Shown piece after piece: positions 9,836 to 19,563 of a stretch of DNA of 64,000 nucleotides; the first letter of the stretch is position 1; every line of letters starts with the position of its first letter. A program made the position numbers and the translations under genes. A model generated the notes under the pieces. The model did not search any database. It was not told where the DNA came from and saw nothing but the letters and a program-made list of their open reading frames with translations. The DNA lies in sequence record SRR20825006_652, one strand, 5' to 3'.

Positions 9836-10990
9836 TTAAACCTTAAAGCGACGTACTGCATCCGCAACACGACCAGGAACGCGTTCGTCAAACGGGCTGG
9901 GGATAATTTTATCGACGCTTAAATCGTCCACACAATCAGCAATGGCTTCAGCAACTTTAATAAACATCTCTGTAGTTAAACTGCTGATTCTGGCATCAAG
10001 TGCGCCACGAAACAACCCTGGAAAAGCTAACACATTGTTAACTTGATTTGGGTAATCAGAACGGCCAGTAGCAATTATATGAGCTCCACCTTCTTTCGCT
10101 TCCTCTGGCATAATCTCTGGCGTTGGATTTGCCATTGCAAAGATTATGGGTTTATCGGCCATTGTTCTAACCATCTCTTTGGTAAGAACACCCGGCGCAG
10201 AAACACCAATAAATACATCGGCACCTTTAACAGCATCAGAAATAGAACCTTGACGGTGATTTTTATTTGTCAATTTAGACATCTCTTCCTTCTCAGAGTT
10301 CAAATCAGTCCGACCCGTGTGAATAATTCCTTTACTATCACACATAATTACTTCTTTCACGCCAGCCGCAAAAAGTAGTTTTACAATAGCTACACCAGCT
10401 GCACCCGCGCCGTTTATAATAACGGTAAGGTCTTTGAGATCACGCTTTGTGAGGCGACATGCATTGATCATTCCTGCTAGAGTTACTATTGCAGTCCCAT
10501 GCTGGTCATCATGAAAAACAGGAATAGGTAACTCTTGTTTAAGCCGTTGTTCAATTTCAAAGCAGCGAGGTGCAGAGATATCCTCTAAGTTTATTCCTCC
10601 GAATGTAGGAGCAATAGCTTTTACAGCGGCGATAATTTCTTCAGTATCCTGAGTAGAAAGAACAATTGGAACTGCGTTCACTCCGGCAAATTTTTTGAAA
10701 AGTACAGCTTTACCTTCCATCACAGGGAGTGCGGCTTCAGGACCGATGTTTCCCAGTCCAAGAACGGCTGAACCATCACTAATTACGGCAACTAAGTTTC
10801 CTTTTGCCGTATATAAGTAAGCTTTTTCTACATCCTCAGCAATTTCTTTACACGGTGCTGCAACTCCCGGTGTATAGGCTATACTTAAATCGTCTGCGGT
10901 CTCTAAAGGCATTGTGGATTCGATAGAGATTTTACCCTTAGCTTTTTTATGAGCCTCGATAGAAAGAACTGCGTAGTCTTTTTGCGACAT
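9836..10990 (-). CDS. NAD(P)-dependent malic enzyme (short form)
   Basis: [41 protein letters not shown] and [12 protein letters not shown] motifs. Confidence 0.93.
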   Translation of the reverse strand: MSQKDYAVLSIEAHKKAKGKISIESTMPLETADDLSIAYTPGVAAPCKEIAEDVEKAYLYTAKGNLVAVISDGSAVLGLGNIGPEAALPVMEGKAVLFKKFAGVNAVPIVLSTQDTEEIIAAVKAIAPTFGGINLEDISAPRCFEIEQRLKQELPIPVFHDDQHGTAIVTLAGMINACRLTKRDLKDLTVIINGAGAAGVAIVKLLFAAGVKEVIMCDSKGIIHTGRTDLNSEKEEMSKLTNKNHRQGSISDAVKGADVFIGVSAPGVLTKEMVRTMADKPIIFAMANPTPEIMPEEAKEGGAHIIATGRSDYPNQVNNVLAFPGLFRGALDARISSLTTEMFIKVAEAIADCVDDLSVDKIIPSPFDERVPGRVADAVRRFKV

Positions 10991-11010
10991 TAGATTGGGA
11001 TCAAAATTTT

Positions 11011-11044
11011 AAAAAAAAGCGCACAAGTGATCTTGTACGCTTTG
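11011..11044 (-). terminator. Intrinsic terminator after M1 peptidase
   Basis: Minus strand AAAAGCGTACAAG-ATCA-CTTGTGCGC followed by T8. Confidence 0.75.
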
Positions 11045-11057
11045 GGAAAACAAAACA

Positions 11058-12941
11058 TTATTTGTTAAGCATTCCTTTGATATCAAAAGAGTTATTTGAG
11101 CTTTCGATATCTGCCAATCGACCAGAAGGGTCAATTGAAATTGTTTTTATGCTCGAGGTAGATACTGGAATTTCAAAACTATAAGAAGGAGTTACCCAAG
11201 TCCAGTCTGGAAGAATGGTACGTTTGAGATCATTTTCAGCAGGCTTTTCACCACGCATAATTCTGAGCGGGATATAAAATAATTCCTTGTTTCCGTCGGT
11301 ATATTCTACAACTATATCTAGAGGCATTGGCATCAATCCAATTCGCTCTAGTTCAACAACGGCTTTGTCATCGTCACCAACAACGGCTTTGATTCCATAA
11401 TCAATAGTTTTGGTTGTTTGAACAAAATACTCGTTATACCAATCCAAAATCATTCCCGACTCATCTTCCATGATTTTAAGTAAGTCGTTGGGCGTTGGAT
11501 GCTTCATTTTCCACTCATCAAAGTACCGGAGCATGCCTTTACGAAATGCTTTGTCTCCGATCACGTAACTAAGCTGAGCTAAGTAAACTGCGCCTTTAGA
11601 GTATGCCGCAGAGCTATATGCTCTGTTTGTATTATAATGATCGGAATGAGTAGATAATGGCTCTTCCAGCCCAGATTTTACGATGCCAATATAGCCTCTA
11701 TATGATCCAGCATGAGGATTTTCAGTAGGACGATCGAAAGTATAAGCCATCGTTTCTGAGGAGCCAAAGCTTGTAAAACCTTCGTCCATCCAAGGATAAA
11801 GTGATTCGTTAGTTGCTAGAACACCTTGGAACCAGCTATGGTAAAATTCGTGAACGCTCACCCCCACAACACTTCCTAAGGAGCGAGAGCCTGTGATTAA
11901 GGTTCCCATAGGATATTCCATTCCGCCATCGCCACCTTGTACAATTGAAAATTGAGGATATGGATATTGTCCAAAATTCTTATTCGTATATTCAAAAGCT
12001 TTGGCAACCAATGCTGGTGCTTGCTCCCAAGCTTGCTTATAACGAGCGTTTTCTTCGTCGGTAGCGTTTTCGTTAATTTTATCTTGGTAAAAGAAATGGA
12101 GAAGTGGTCCGTTAGGAACCTGCTCTTTGGTATGGATAAAATCAGGGTCGGCTCCCCAGAAAAAATCAATGACGTTATCAGCTTTAAAATGCCAAGTTAA
12201 CTTGTCGCCTTTTGGTGTAGGTACTTTCTTGCCTTTATCTTCATAACCATGGCCGATTTCATTCGGATTTTGTAGAATACCACTTCCACCGATTACGTAA
12301 TCTTTATCAATGCTGATTTTAACGTCAAAATCACCCCAAACACCATGAAATTCACGTCCGATATATGGATTAGGATTCCAGCCAGTGTAATCATACTCAG
12401 ACATTTTAGGGTACCATTGGCTCATAGATAGTTCAACACCTTCAGAGCTATTCCAGCCAGAACGACGAACCTGGAGGGGTACCTGTGCGTTAAACTCCAT
12501 TTCGAAAGTAGACTTCTTTCCAGACTTAATGGCTTTGTTTAACTCAACAATGAGAATGGTGCCTTCTACGGTATATTTAACTGGTTTACCATCTTGTTTA
12601 AGCGAAGTTATTTTTTGATAGCCAATTTCATCCTCACTTAGCTTAGAAATTCGGTCCCCAACACGGCGATCTGGATCTGCAATTGTTCGAGAACGAACAT
12701 CCATCATACTACCTGGCTGGAAAGCGTTAAAGTACAGGTGGTAATAAACACGAGTAAGTTCGTCTGGCGAGTTATTAGTATAAACTAACTTCTGTTTCCC
12801 AGTAAACTGATGTTTAGTAGCGTCTACGTCAACTTCCATGGTGTAATCAACATGTTGTTGCCAGTAAGAGGTGCTATTTTGGGCGAGAGCTGACAATGAG
12901 CCAACGCATAAAAAAGTGAAAAGGAATAAAATTTTCTTCAT
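11058..12941 (-). CDS. M1 family zinc aminopeptidase, secreted
   Basis: GGMEYP, HEFYH..WMDEG and YSKGA motifs; ATG 12941 (MKKILFL) gives a signal peptide. Confidence 0.9.
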   Translation of the reverse strand: MKKILFLFTFLCVGSLSALAQNSTSYWQQHVDYTMEVDVDATKHQFTGKQKLVYTNNSPDELTRVYYHLYFNAFQPGSMMDVRSRTIADPDRRVGDRISKLSEDEIGYQKITSLKQDGKPVKYTVEGTILIVELNKAIKSGKKSTFEMEFNAQVPLQVRRSGWNSSEGVELSMSQWYPKMSEYDYTGWNPNPYIGREFHGVWGDFDVKISIDKDYVIGGSGILQNPNEIGHGYEDKGKKVPTPKGDKLTWHFKADNVIDFFWGADPDFIHTKEQVPNGPLLHFFYQDKINENATDEENARYKQAWEQAPALVAKAFEYTNKNFGQYPYPQFSIVQGGDGGMEYPMGTLITGSRSLGSVVGVSVHEFYHSWFQGVLATNESLYPWMDEGFTSFGSSETMAYTFDRPTENPHAGSYRGYIGIVKSGLEEPLSTHSDHYNTNRAYSSAAYSKGAVYLAQLSYVIGDKAFRKGMLRYFDEWKMKHPTPNDLLKIMEDESGMILDWYNEYFVQTTKTIDYGIKAVVGDDDKAVVELERIGLMPMPLDIVVEYTDGNKELFYIPLRIMRGEKPAENDLKRTILPDWTWVTPSYSFEIPVSTSSIKTISIDPSGRLADIESSNNSFDIKGMLNK

Positions 12942-13027
12942 ATCAATAATTAATAAATTTGCGCTAAAGGAACTCACAAAATCAGAAAAACACTAACGGT
13001 TTTACACCTTTTAGTCTTTTAAAGAAT

Positions 13028-13630
13028 TTAAAAGGCATTTCTGCTAGCAAATGCTCTGCTTAGTGTGGCTTCATCGATGTATTCGAGTTCCGTGCCCATC
13101 GGAATTCCATAAGCGATTCTTGTTACATTCACATCATAAGCGCTTAGCAACTTATTGATGTAATATGAGGTGGCTTCACCTTCTGCATCTGGGTTTAAAG
13201 CTAAAATTACTTCGGTAATATCTTCTTGATTTCCCAAGCGCTTTAGCAATTCTTGAATACGAAGGTTATTAGGGCCAATATTATCCATAGGTGAAATTAC
13301 GCCACCAAGCACATGATATCGGCCTCTAAATTCGTTTGTTCTTTCAATGATATAAACATCATTAAACTCTTCTACCACACAAAGAATACCATTCTGTCTT
13401 TTGGGGTTTTCACAAATAGTACAAGGATTATGATCGCTGATTGTACCACACGTTTCACACCGAGTAACTTTGTTCTTAAGGTCGATGATAGCATTCGCCA
13501 GACGGAAAGCCGATTCTTCGTTTTGTTTTAACAGATGAATGGCAATGCGTTGCGCCGATTTTCGCCCAGTTCCAGGTAGTTTAGCGAGTTGCTCAATAGC
13601 GCGTTCTAAATATTCGGATGTTATTTGCAT
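13028..13630 (-). CDS. recR: Recombination mediator RecR
   Basis: LPGTGRKSAQR HhH, C4 zinc finger, YHVLGG and Toprim domain; dnaX-ybaB-recR synteny. Confidence 0.96.
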   Translation of the reverse strand: MQITSEYLERAIEQLAKLPGTGRKSAQRIAIHLLKQNEESAFRLANAIIDLKNKVTRCETCGTISDHNPCTICENPKRQNGILCVVEEFNDVYIIERTNEFRGRYHVLGGVISPMDNIGPNNLRIQELLKRLGNQEDITEVILALNPDAEGEATSYYINKLLSAYDVNVTRIAYGIPMGTELEYIDEATLSRAFASRNAF

Positions 13631-13684
13631 GTAAAGTAAAAGAGGTAAAGATTGGAAACCTTAAGCTACAACTATTTAAAAGTT

Positions 13685-14032
13685 CTAAAGCCCAAATTTG
13701 GAAAGATCCATTCCAGGAATTCCCCCACCAGGAATCAATCCTTTGTAAGCGTCTTGCATCTGCTCTTTAGAAGCTATTTCGGCTTTTTCTAGCGCTTTAT
13801 TAACACCAGCAACAACCAAATCTTCTAACATTTCTTTATCGCTAGGATCAACTACATCTTCATCAAATTTAATAGAAACTATTTGTCTGAGTCCGTTTGC
13901 TTTAACTTTTACCATTCCGCCACCAGCATCTGCTTCAACTATAATTGTAGCCAGCTTAGCTTGGGTCTCTTGCATTTTGGACTGCATTTCTTGAATCTTA
14001 CCGAACATATCGGCCATATTTAGATTGCTCAT
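13685..14032 (-). CDS. ybaB: YbaB/EbfC nucleoid-associated protein
   Basis: AGGGMVKVKANG and DKEMLEDLVVAGVN motifs; lies between dnaX and recR. Confidence 0.93.
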   Translation of the reverse strand: MSNLNMADMFGKIQEMQSKMQETQAKLATIIVEADAGGGMVKVKANGLRQIVSIKFDEDVVDPSDKEMLEDLVVAGVNKALEKAEIASKEQMQDAYKGLIPGGGIPGMDLSKFGL

Positions 14033-14045
14033 AATAACCTTGTTT

Positions 14046-15881
14046 TTAGTATTCTAGTTCTGCCCCAAAACGATTTACAATTTCTGTAATAATGGGGTCT
14101 TTTTCTTGAATTTCCTTAAATCGGTCGTAAGGATTTCTCGCCTTAGTTCCATTTGTGTTTGCTTTGTTAAGCTCAAATTTAAAACGTAACAAAGTGCCGA
14201 GGCATTCCTTTAATATTTTGGCCAATTCTACAGCCTGTTCTTCCAACATTCTTAATGCGAGAGGATTATCACACTCTATGGTAAGCTCGGTTCCCTGTAG
14301 GGCTCGTGGTTTAACGCGTTCTACTTGCATATGTAGCACCATTTGGAAATCCTTTTTTACTGCGATTAAGTAATCTTGCCAAACAGCTTTAACATCTTCA
14401 ATGCGTAGAACCTTAGCTTCGATTGGCTCAAGGGTCTCTAATTCCACAGTTTCTTGAACTGAAATTGAATCAGCTTTACTCTTCGATTTTGGGGACTGTG
14501 AATGCTTGTTAATATTCGTGATTAACGCGGGGCGACCTAAGCCAAACTGATCTTCCTCTTCTTCAGTTTCTTCTTCTATACTTTGTATCTCGACTTCAGC
14601 TACGGGCTTAATTTCTTCCGTGCCTGTTGGGCTTTTCTCTTCAGGAAGGTTGTTATGAGAATTGTTTTCTGCGGGATTTGCAGGCGCAGATGCTTCCGAA
14701 GTAGAAGGCTCTTTGTCGTTATTTTCTTCACTTAAGCTCTCTTTTGGAGCTTTTACGAAGTTACTAGAGTTTTTTTTTAAGTCTTCGAGCGCCGCTAAAA
14801 GTTGTGCAAGGTTCTCTGAGCGCTCCATATGGATAAGCTTGAGCAACGTAATCTCAAATTGTATACGTGGTTGGCTCGCATCTTTTAGTTTAATTTGTGC
14901 TTCACTAACAATGTGTAGCATACGCATCAAATCGTCTCTAGAAAAATCTGGTGCGGTACTTTTATATTTAGTTTGTGTCTCTTCTGAAGCTTCTACTAAG
15001 TATAATTTTTCAGAATGATGAGCGATGTATAAATTCCGAAGGTGTTCGGTCAATCCAATTAAAAATTCTTGGATATCGTAGCCTTCTTGCAAAAGGGTGT
15101 TGATGAGTTCTAAGCCAGCATCAGCATCGTGGTTTTTCACACAAAGCATGAACTGGAACAAACGGTCCGTTCCAACCACATTCAAGGCTTGCAATAATTC
15201 GTTATGCGTGATGGTATCGCCACAAAAAGCGATAGCTTGATCCATCAGTCCTAAAGCATCACGAAGCGCGCCATCTGCCTTTTTTGCAATTACATGAAGC
15301 GATTCTTCGTCGATAGCAATGTGTTCGTCTAAGGAGATTTTACGGAGGCGATGTACAATTTCTTCTACCGCAATTCGCTTGAAATCAAAACGCTGAACAC
15401 GAGATAAAATAGTAGGAAGAACTTTATGCGGCTCTGTGGTCGCAAAAATGAAAATAGCGTGCTCTGGTGGTTCTTCAAGTGTTTTAAGCAGCGCATTGAA
15501 TGCTGCTTTAGAAAGCATGTGAACCTCATCTACAATAAATACCTTGTAGCGACCATTTTGAGGAGGAATGCGAACACTTTCACGGAGGTGATGTACATCT
15601 TCAACTTTGTTGTTAGATGCGGCATCCATCTCAATAATATTCAGTGTTTGATTGAGAGATTCTCCATCAACACTAGAATCAATTTGGTTAATGATACGAG
15701 CTAAAACACGTGCCATCGTTGTTTTACCAACGCCTCGTGGGCCGCAAAACATGTAGGCATGAGAAAGCCTATTCTGCTTAATAGCATTTAATAAAGTGCT
15801 ACTCACATGTTCTTGAGAAACGATATCCTCAAAATTCTGTGGTCTATATTTTCGTGTAAGTGCGCGGTAGTTTTCTGACAT
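14046..15881 (-). CDS. dnaX: DNA polymerase III subunit gamma/tau
   Basis: RKYRPQNF, GPRGVGKTT, IVDEVHML and ALLKTLEEPP motifs. Confidence 0.96.
   Translation of the reverse strand: MSENYRALTRKYRPQNFEDIVSQEHVSSTLLNAIKQNRLSHAYMFCGPRGVGKTTMARVLARIINQIDSSVDGESLNQTLNIIEMDAASNNKVEDVHHLRESVRIPPQNGRYKVFIVDEVHMLSKAAFNALLKTLEEPPEHAIFIFATTEPHKVLPTILSRVQRFDFKRIAVEEIVHRLRKISLDEHIAIDEESLHVIAKKADGALRDALGLMDQAIAFCGDTITHNELLQALNVVGTDRLFQFMLCVKNHDADAGLELINTLLQEGYDIQEFLIGLTEHLRNLYIAHHSEKLYLVEASEETQTKYKSTAPDFSRDDLMRMLHIVSEAQIKLKDASQPRIQFEITLLKLIHMERSENLAQLLAALEDLKKNSSNFVKAPKESLSEENNDKEPSTSEASAPANPAENNSHNNLPEEKSPTGTEEIKPVAEVEIQSIEEETEEEEDQFGLGRPALITNINKHSQSPKSKSKADSISVQETVELETLEPIEAKVLRIEDVKAVWQDYLIAVKKDFQMVLHMQVERVKPRALQGTELTIECDNPLALRMLEEQAVELAKILKECLGTLLRFKFELNKANTNGTKARNPYDRFKEIQEKDPIITEIVNRFGAELEY
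14761..14780 (-). other. Putative programmed slippage/frameshift site in dnaX (A9)
   Basis: Minus strand TTA AAA AAA AAC TCT AGT AA; -1 frame reads CTC TAG TAA. Confidence 0.7.
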
Positions 15882-16013
15882 TCTTTAAACAGCTTTTTCT
15901 AGCAGTTGGAATGTACAAAATGAAGAGATGGAATAGTAATGTTAAGTAGAAGCTGGGCAAGAAAATCTTGTTTTTATTTTAGCCAAAGTACCTCAATTCT
16001 AGAAAATTAGCTT

Positions 16014-17105
16014 CTACTCCACGTCGTAATCGCTGGGCAATAGCCTTGAAACACGCTCGGTGCTCCACTTACCATTAAATAAAAAATCCGCCGGGTTGCG
16101 AACTTGTCCTGAGGCGTTTATAAAAACAAAAGGAGCTTTACCCTGAAGGGTAATGCTAGTAACAGCAGAAGGATTTTCTACTTTTTTACCACGATTAATA
16201 CGTAACTGATATCCTACATAAGCTGGCGAGCGAGATAAAGAAAATGCGGAGTATTTAGCAGATAACATGGCTGCCCAGTTATTTGGATAAAACTGCACTA
16301 TCGTTTCCATATCATCAAAAGGCTCAATAACCCCGCCTTCGGGCAAGTACGTAAAGCCATCTTTACGAAGTGTATTATTTAACAAGCTTCGGAAGAAATG
16401 CATAGATGATCCAAAATACGCTGTTTTTCTAGTTTTTTGCCAAGCTTTAGATTGTTTGGGACTATTAGGAGAACTAAGATCTTGGAAGTTGGTGTACATG
16501 GTATACAAGCCCGTTTTGTCATAAGGGTTGAAGTATACCGAAACGAAGTCTATACGTATCATATAGCCCAGTGCATTATTTCTTACAATCAGAGGAGCGA
16601 CAGCGGTAACATTTATACGCTTTAAGCGAGGGTCTTGTTTGAAGGTAAGAACCTCTGGATTTTCGATAACCACATCAGAGGCAAAGTTGTCTTCTCCTAT
16701 AAAGAACTTCTCAAAGGATTCGAAATTCTTTATCCACTCCTTGTTGGAAGATTTAACAACAATAGTTTCTAGTTGAACAACCAAAGCTGTTATGGAAATG
16801 TTGAAAGAGTATGTAGAACCTGACTCTAGGCTGATTTTTTGCTGAATGGTTTTATAGCCAACCACACTTACAACCAAAGTATAATCTCCAGCTGTCTTAA
16901 AATTGAAAGAGTATGTTCCATCAGCATTAGATTGGGCACCATGAGTAGTTTGAGATAAATAGACGGAAGCTCCAGGAACGCCTTCTTTGGTGTCTTTATC
17001 AATAATTCTACCAGAAATAATTCCATTTTGTTGGGCAAAACCAATTGTGGTAAGAATTAGACCGATGAGAATACTAAGTGTTAATTTCAAAATATTGATA
17101 GGCAA
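16014..17105 (-). CDS. Carboxypeptidase regulatory-like (CarbopepD_reg_2) domain exported protein
   Basis: Signal peptide then ISGRIIDKDTKEGVPGASVYL...GDYTLVVSVVGY; TTG start uncertain. Confidence 0.75.
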   Translation of the reverse strand: MPINILKLTLSILIGLILTTIGFAQQNGIISGRIIDKDTKEGVPGASVYLSQTTHGAQSNADGTYSFNFKTAGDYTLVVSVVGYKTIQQKISLESGSTYSFNISITALVVQLETIVVKSSNKEWIKNFESFEKFFIGEDNFASDVVIENPEVLTFKQDPRLKRINVTAVAPLIVRNNALGYMIRIDFVSVYFNPYDKTGLYTMYTNFQDLSSPNSPKQSKAWQKTRKTAYFGSSMHFFRSLLNNTLRKDGFTYLPEGGVIEPFDDMETIVQFYPNNWAAMLSAKYSAFSLSRSPAYVGYQLRINRGKKVENPSAVTSITLQGKAPFVFINASGQVRNPADFLFNGKWSTERVSRLLPSDYDVE

Positions 17106-17134
17106 AATTATAGTAGTTATAGCTAGTATATAAT

Positions 17135-17166
17135 AAAAAAAGGGGAGATTGAGAAATCACCCCTTT
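17135..17166 (-). terminator. Intrinsic terminator after prolidase
   Basis: Minus strand AAAGGGGTGATT-TCTC-AATCTCCCC followed by T7. Confidence 0.7.
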
Positions 17167-17186
17167 AAAAAGCTTTTCAAAAATAA

Positions 17187-18518
17187 TTATTTCATTAACG
17201 CTTCAATTTCTTCAATTTTTTTGGGTACGTTAGTAAGGTTTTCGTAACCGGTTGCCGTAACAGCAATGTTATCTTCAATTCTTACCCCACCAAAATTAAG
17301 TAGTAAGCGAACTTTTTCAGAATTCAAGTATTTGTTGGTTTCTGGATTTTCGAGCGCTGGTTCTAGAACTGCAGGTACAAAGTAAATCCCTGGTTCTACA
17401 GTTATTACCATTCCGGGTTGCAAGTCTCTTCGGGCGCGGAGGAATTTTATTCCAGGTCTGTCGATCCTGTCTACGCCTTTAGGATAACCGCCAACATCAT
17501 GCGTATCTAAGCCTAGGAAATGACCAAGGCCATGTGGGAAGAAGAGCGCGAAAATATTTTCTTTCATCAATTCGTCGATATCGCCACGAACAATGTCTAG
17601 CTTTTTTAGGCCTTTCATCATAGTGCGGGCAGCTAAAAGATGCAATTCTTCCATTTTTGCACCAGGTTCAATAGCGTCGAGCACAGCCTGCATTCCATCT
17701 AGAACAGCATTATAAATACCAGCTTGAATTTCCGTGAATTTGCCATTTGCTGGGAACGTACGGGTGTAATCAGCAGCATAGCCTTTACACTCAAATCCGG
17801 CATCCATTAGAAATAAATCGCCGTCATTAATCTGGCTTTTATTTTCTACGTAATGGAGAATAGACGCGTTTTTTCCAGAGGCAAAAATACCGTTGTAGGC
17901 ATCTTGCATGAGCCCGTTTTCAATCTGAACTTTATTGAAAACAGCTTTCAATTCGTACTCGTGCATGCCAGGTTTAATGGCTTTCATCACTTCTAAATAG
18001 GCCAAGTCGTTTACTCGACAAGCTTCACGCATTAAATCGAGTTCTCCGTCTGTTTTAATAACTCGGCAATAAGTTAGAGCGTCGTTTAGAGACTCAGTAT
18101 CAACGGTAAAATCTCTATTTAAATCTTCAATAAATTCAGCTTGTTCATCGTCGATGCAGTAAACTAATTCAGGCTTTAATTTATTTAGAACAGTCAAAAT
18201 ATCATTTTGAGAATGCAGGTGGTCGGGTTGGTACTCCTGCTGATATTGTTCTTTTGTTTTTACATAGCCATGCCATACTGCGTACTGTGCATCACGCTCT
18301 GGAACAAATAGATGATACTCTTCTTTGTTCAAATCTAAGAGCATAGCACAATCGGGCTCGTTTACTCCAGTGAGATACCAAAAGTTGGATTCTTGGCGAA
18401 AAGGAAATTCGTAATCGGTACCGTAGCGATACATAATTTCTTTGCCTTGTATAAAAACAACGCCGTTCTGGTTATCATCAAAAAGTGAAAATAATTTTTC
18501 TCTGTGCTGACTATACAT
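17187..18518 (-). CDS. Xaa-Pro dipeptidase/aminopeptidase (M24B, prolidase-like)
   Basis: FRQESNFWYLTG, DAG..DYTRTFP, HGLGHFLGLDTHDVG, TVEPGIYF and GGVRIED motifs. Confidence 0.92.
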   Translation of the reverse strand: MYSQHREKLFSLFDDNQNGVVFIQGKEIMYRYGTDYEFPFRQESNFWYLTGVNEPDCAMLLDLNKEEYHLFVPERDAQYAVWHGYVKTKEQYQQEYQPDHLHSQNDILTVLNKLKPELVYCIDDEQAEFIEDLNRDFTVDTESLNDALTYCRVIKTDGELDLMREACRVNDLAYLEVMKAIKPGMHEYELKAVFNKVQIENGLMQDAYNGIFASGKNASILHYVENKSQINDGDLFLMDAGFECKGYAADYTRTFPANGKFTEIQAGIYNAVLDGMQAVLDAIEPGAKMEELHLLAARTMMKGLKKLDIVRGDIDELMKENIFALFFPHGLGHFLGLDTHDVGGYPKGVDRIDRPGIKFLRARRDLQPGMVITVEPGIYFVPAVLEPALENPETNKYLNSEKVRLLLNFGGVRIEDNIAVTATGYENLTNVPKKIEEIEALMK

Positions 18519-18593
18519 GGTATCTGATTTGAATCTTAACGTTTGTTGTAGGATAGCAAAATGCTTGCCGAATATCGAACAAGGAAAACAGAA

Positions 18594-19505
18594 TTATTCC
18601 GATAATATTTCTACAAATTTTGCGAAGAATTCTGATAGCGGAATTTCGAAGTCAAAATCTATTTCTTCAGCAAGGTCTAATTGAAAAAGCCCATCTTGAG
18701 ATTGAAGTAATACGTTTTGAGGTTCCCCATCTGCTAATAAATCAAGTGAGCAAGAAAGTAGTGCTACATTTTGCCCATTTGTATTTAAAATAACAGATAG
18801 TTTTGTAGAGTGGTAAGGAGTTCCACAAAGAGAAACGGCAAGCTTCTGCTTGGAACTATGTGTATAAATATAATAGAAATTTGGGAGCGCCAAGTCGGGG
18901 TCGCTTCCTTCAAAACTGAAATATTTGATCCGTTCAAGGGTGTCTTGAGCAAAAAGCTCATTGCATGAATCTAGGATCCATTTTCTACAATCAGGATGTG
19001 ATTTAGAGCCTGCAAAGCCTCGTTTCGACCAATATGCGAAATCTAAAATTGGGTTTTGTTGGCTTTGAAATATTGGAGGGATAGTTTGGAGTGACGAAAG
19101 TTCTCCGTTCTCTGTGGCAAACCAGTAGTCTTGAATGCCGTTTGAAATCAAAAGAAAAGGGGCGTTCACTTTTAGGTTGTACCGAGCAATCTGAATGGCT
19201 GCTTTCTCAGTGAGCTGAATTTCTGGAGCTTTACATTCTACTAGTAGAAGAGGTTTGAAATCTTTGTCGTAGCCAATTAAATCGGTTCTAGAGGCGGATT
19301 TATCTCTCGGTAAATTTACGGGCGACTCAAACGAAATTCGACTTTGTAAGAAATTGGCTTCTTCAAGAAGGTATTCAACTAGCTGAAGTCGAACTCTTTC
19401 CTCTGGCCGATTCTTAAATGCTTTTTTAAGAATCGGGTTCCATAGTAGCTTTTCGCCATCGCGAAACACAAACTGTGGGTAATGATGTGTGGCTTTGCTC
19501 AACAA
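18594..19505 (-). CDS. HsdR N-terminal (HSDR_N_2)-like PD-(D/E)XK domain protein, stand-alone
   Basis: PEERVR, RTDLI..LLVECKAP and QIARYN..LLISNG motifs; no helicase or HsdM/HsdS genes nearby. Confidence 0.75.
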   Translation of the reverse strand: MLSKATHHYPQFVFRDGEKLLWNPILKKAFKNRPEERVRLQLVEYLLEEANFLQSRISFESPVNLPRDKSASRTDLIGYDKDFKPLLLVECKAPEIQLTEKAAIQIARYNLKVNAPFLLISNGIQDYWFATENGELSSLQTIPPIFQSQQNPILDFAYWSKRGFAGSKSHPDCRKWILDSCNELFAQDTLERIKYFSFEGSDPDLALPNFYYIYTHSSKQKLAVSLCGTPYHSTKLSVILNTNGQNVALLSCSLDLLADGEPQNVLLQSQDGLFQLDLAEEIDFDFEIPLSEFFAKFVEILSE

Positions 19506-19517
19506 GGAGTGAATAAT

Positions 19518-19556
19518 TAAGTGTTACATTGAGATTATAACTCAATGTAACACTTA
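19518..19556. repeat. Perfect 16-bp inverted repeat between yidC and the HsdR_N gene
   Basis: TAAGTGTTACATTGAG-ATTATAA-CTCAATGTAACACTTA. Confidence 0.9.
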
Positions 19557-19563
19557 GTAGAAA

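Noticed and set aside
18594-19505. Type I restriction-modification system
   Set aside because: Only the HsdR N-terminal-like domain is present; no helicase motifs, hsdM or hsdS
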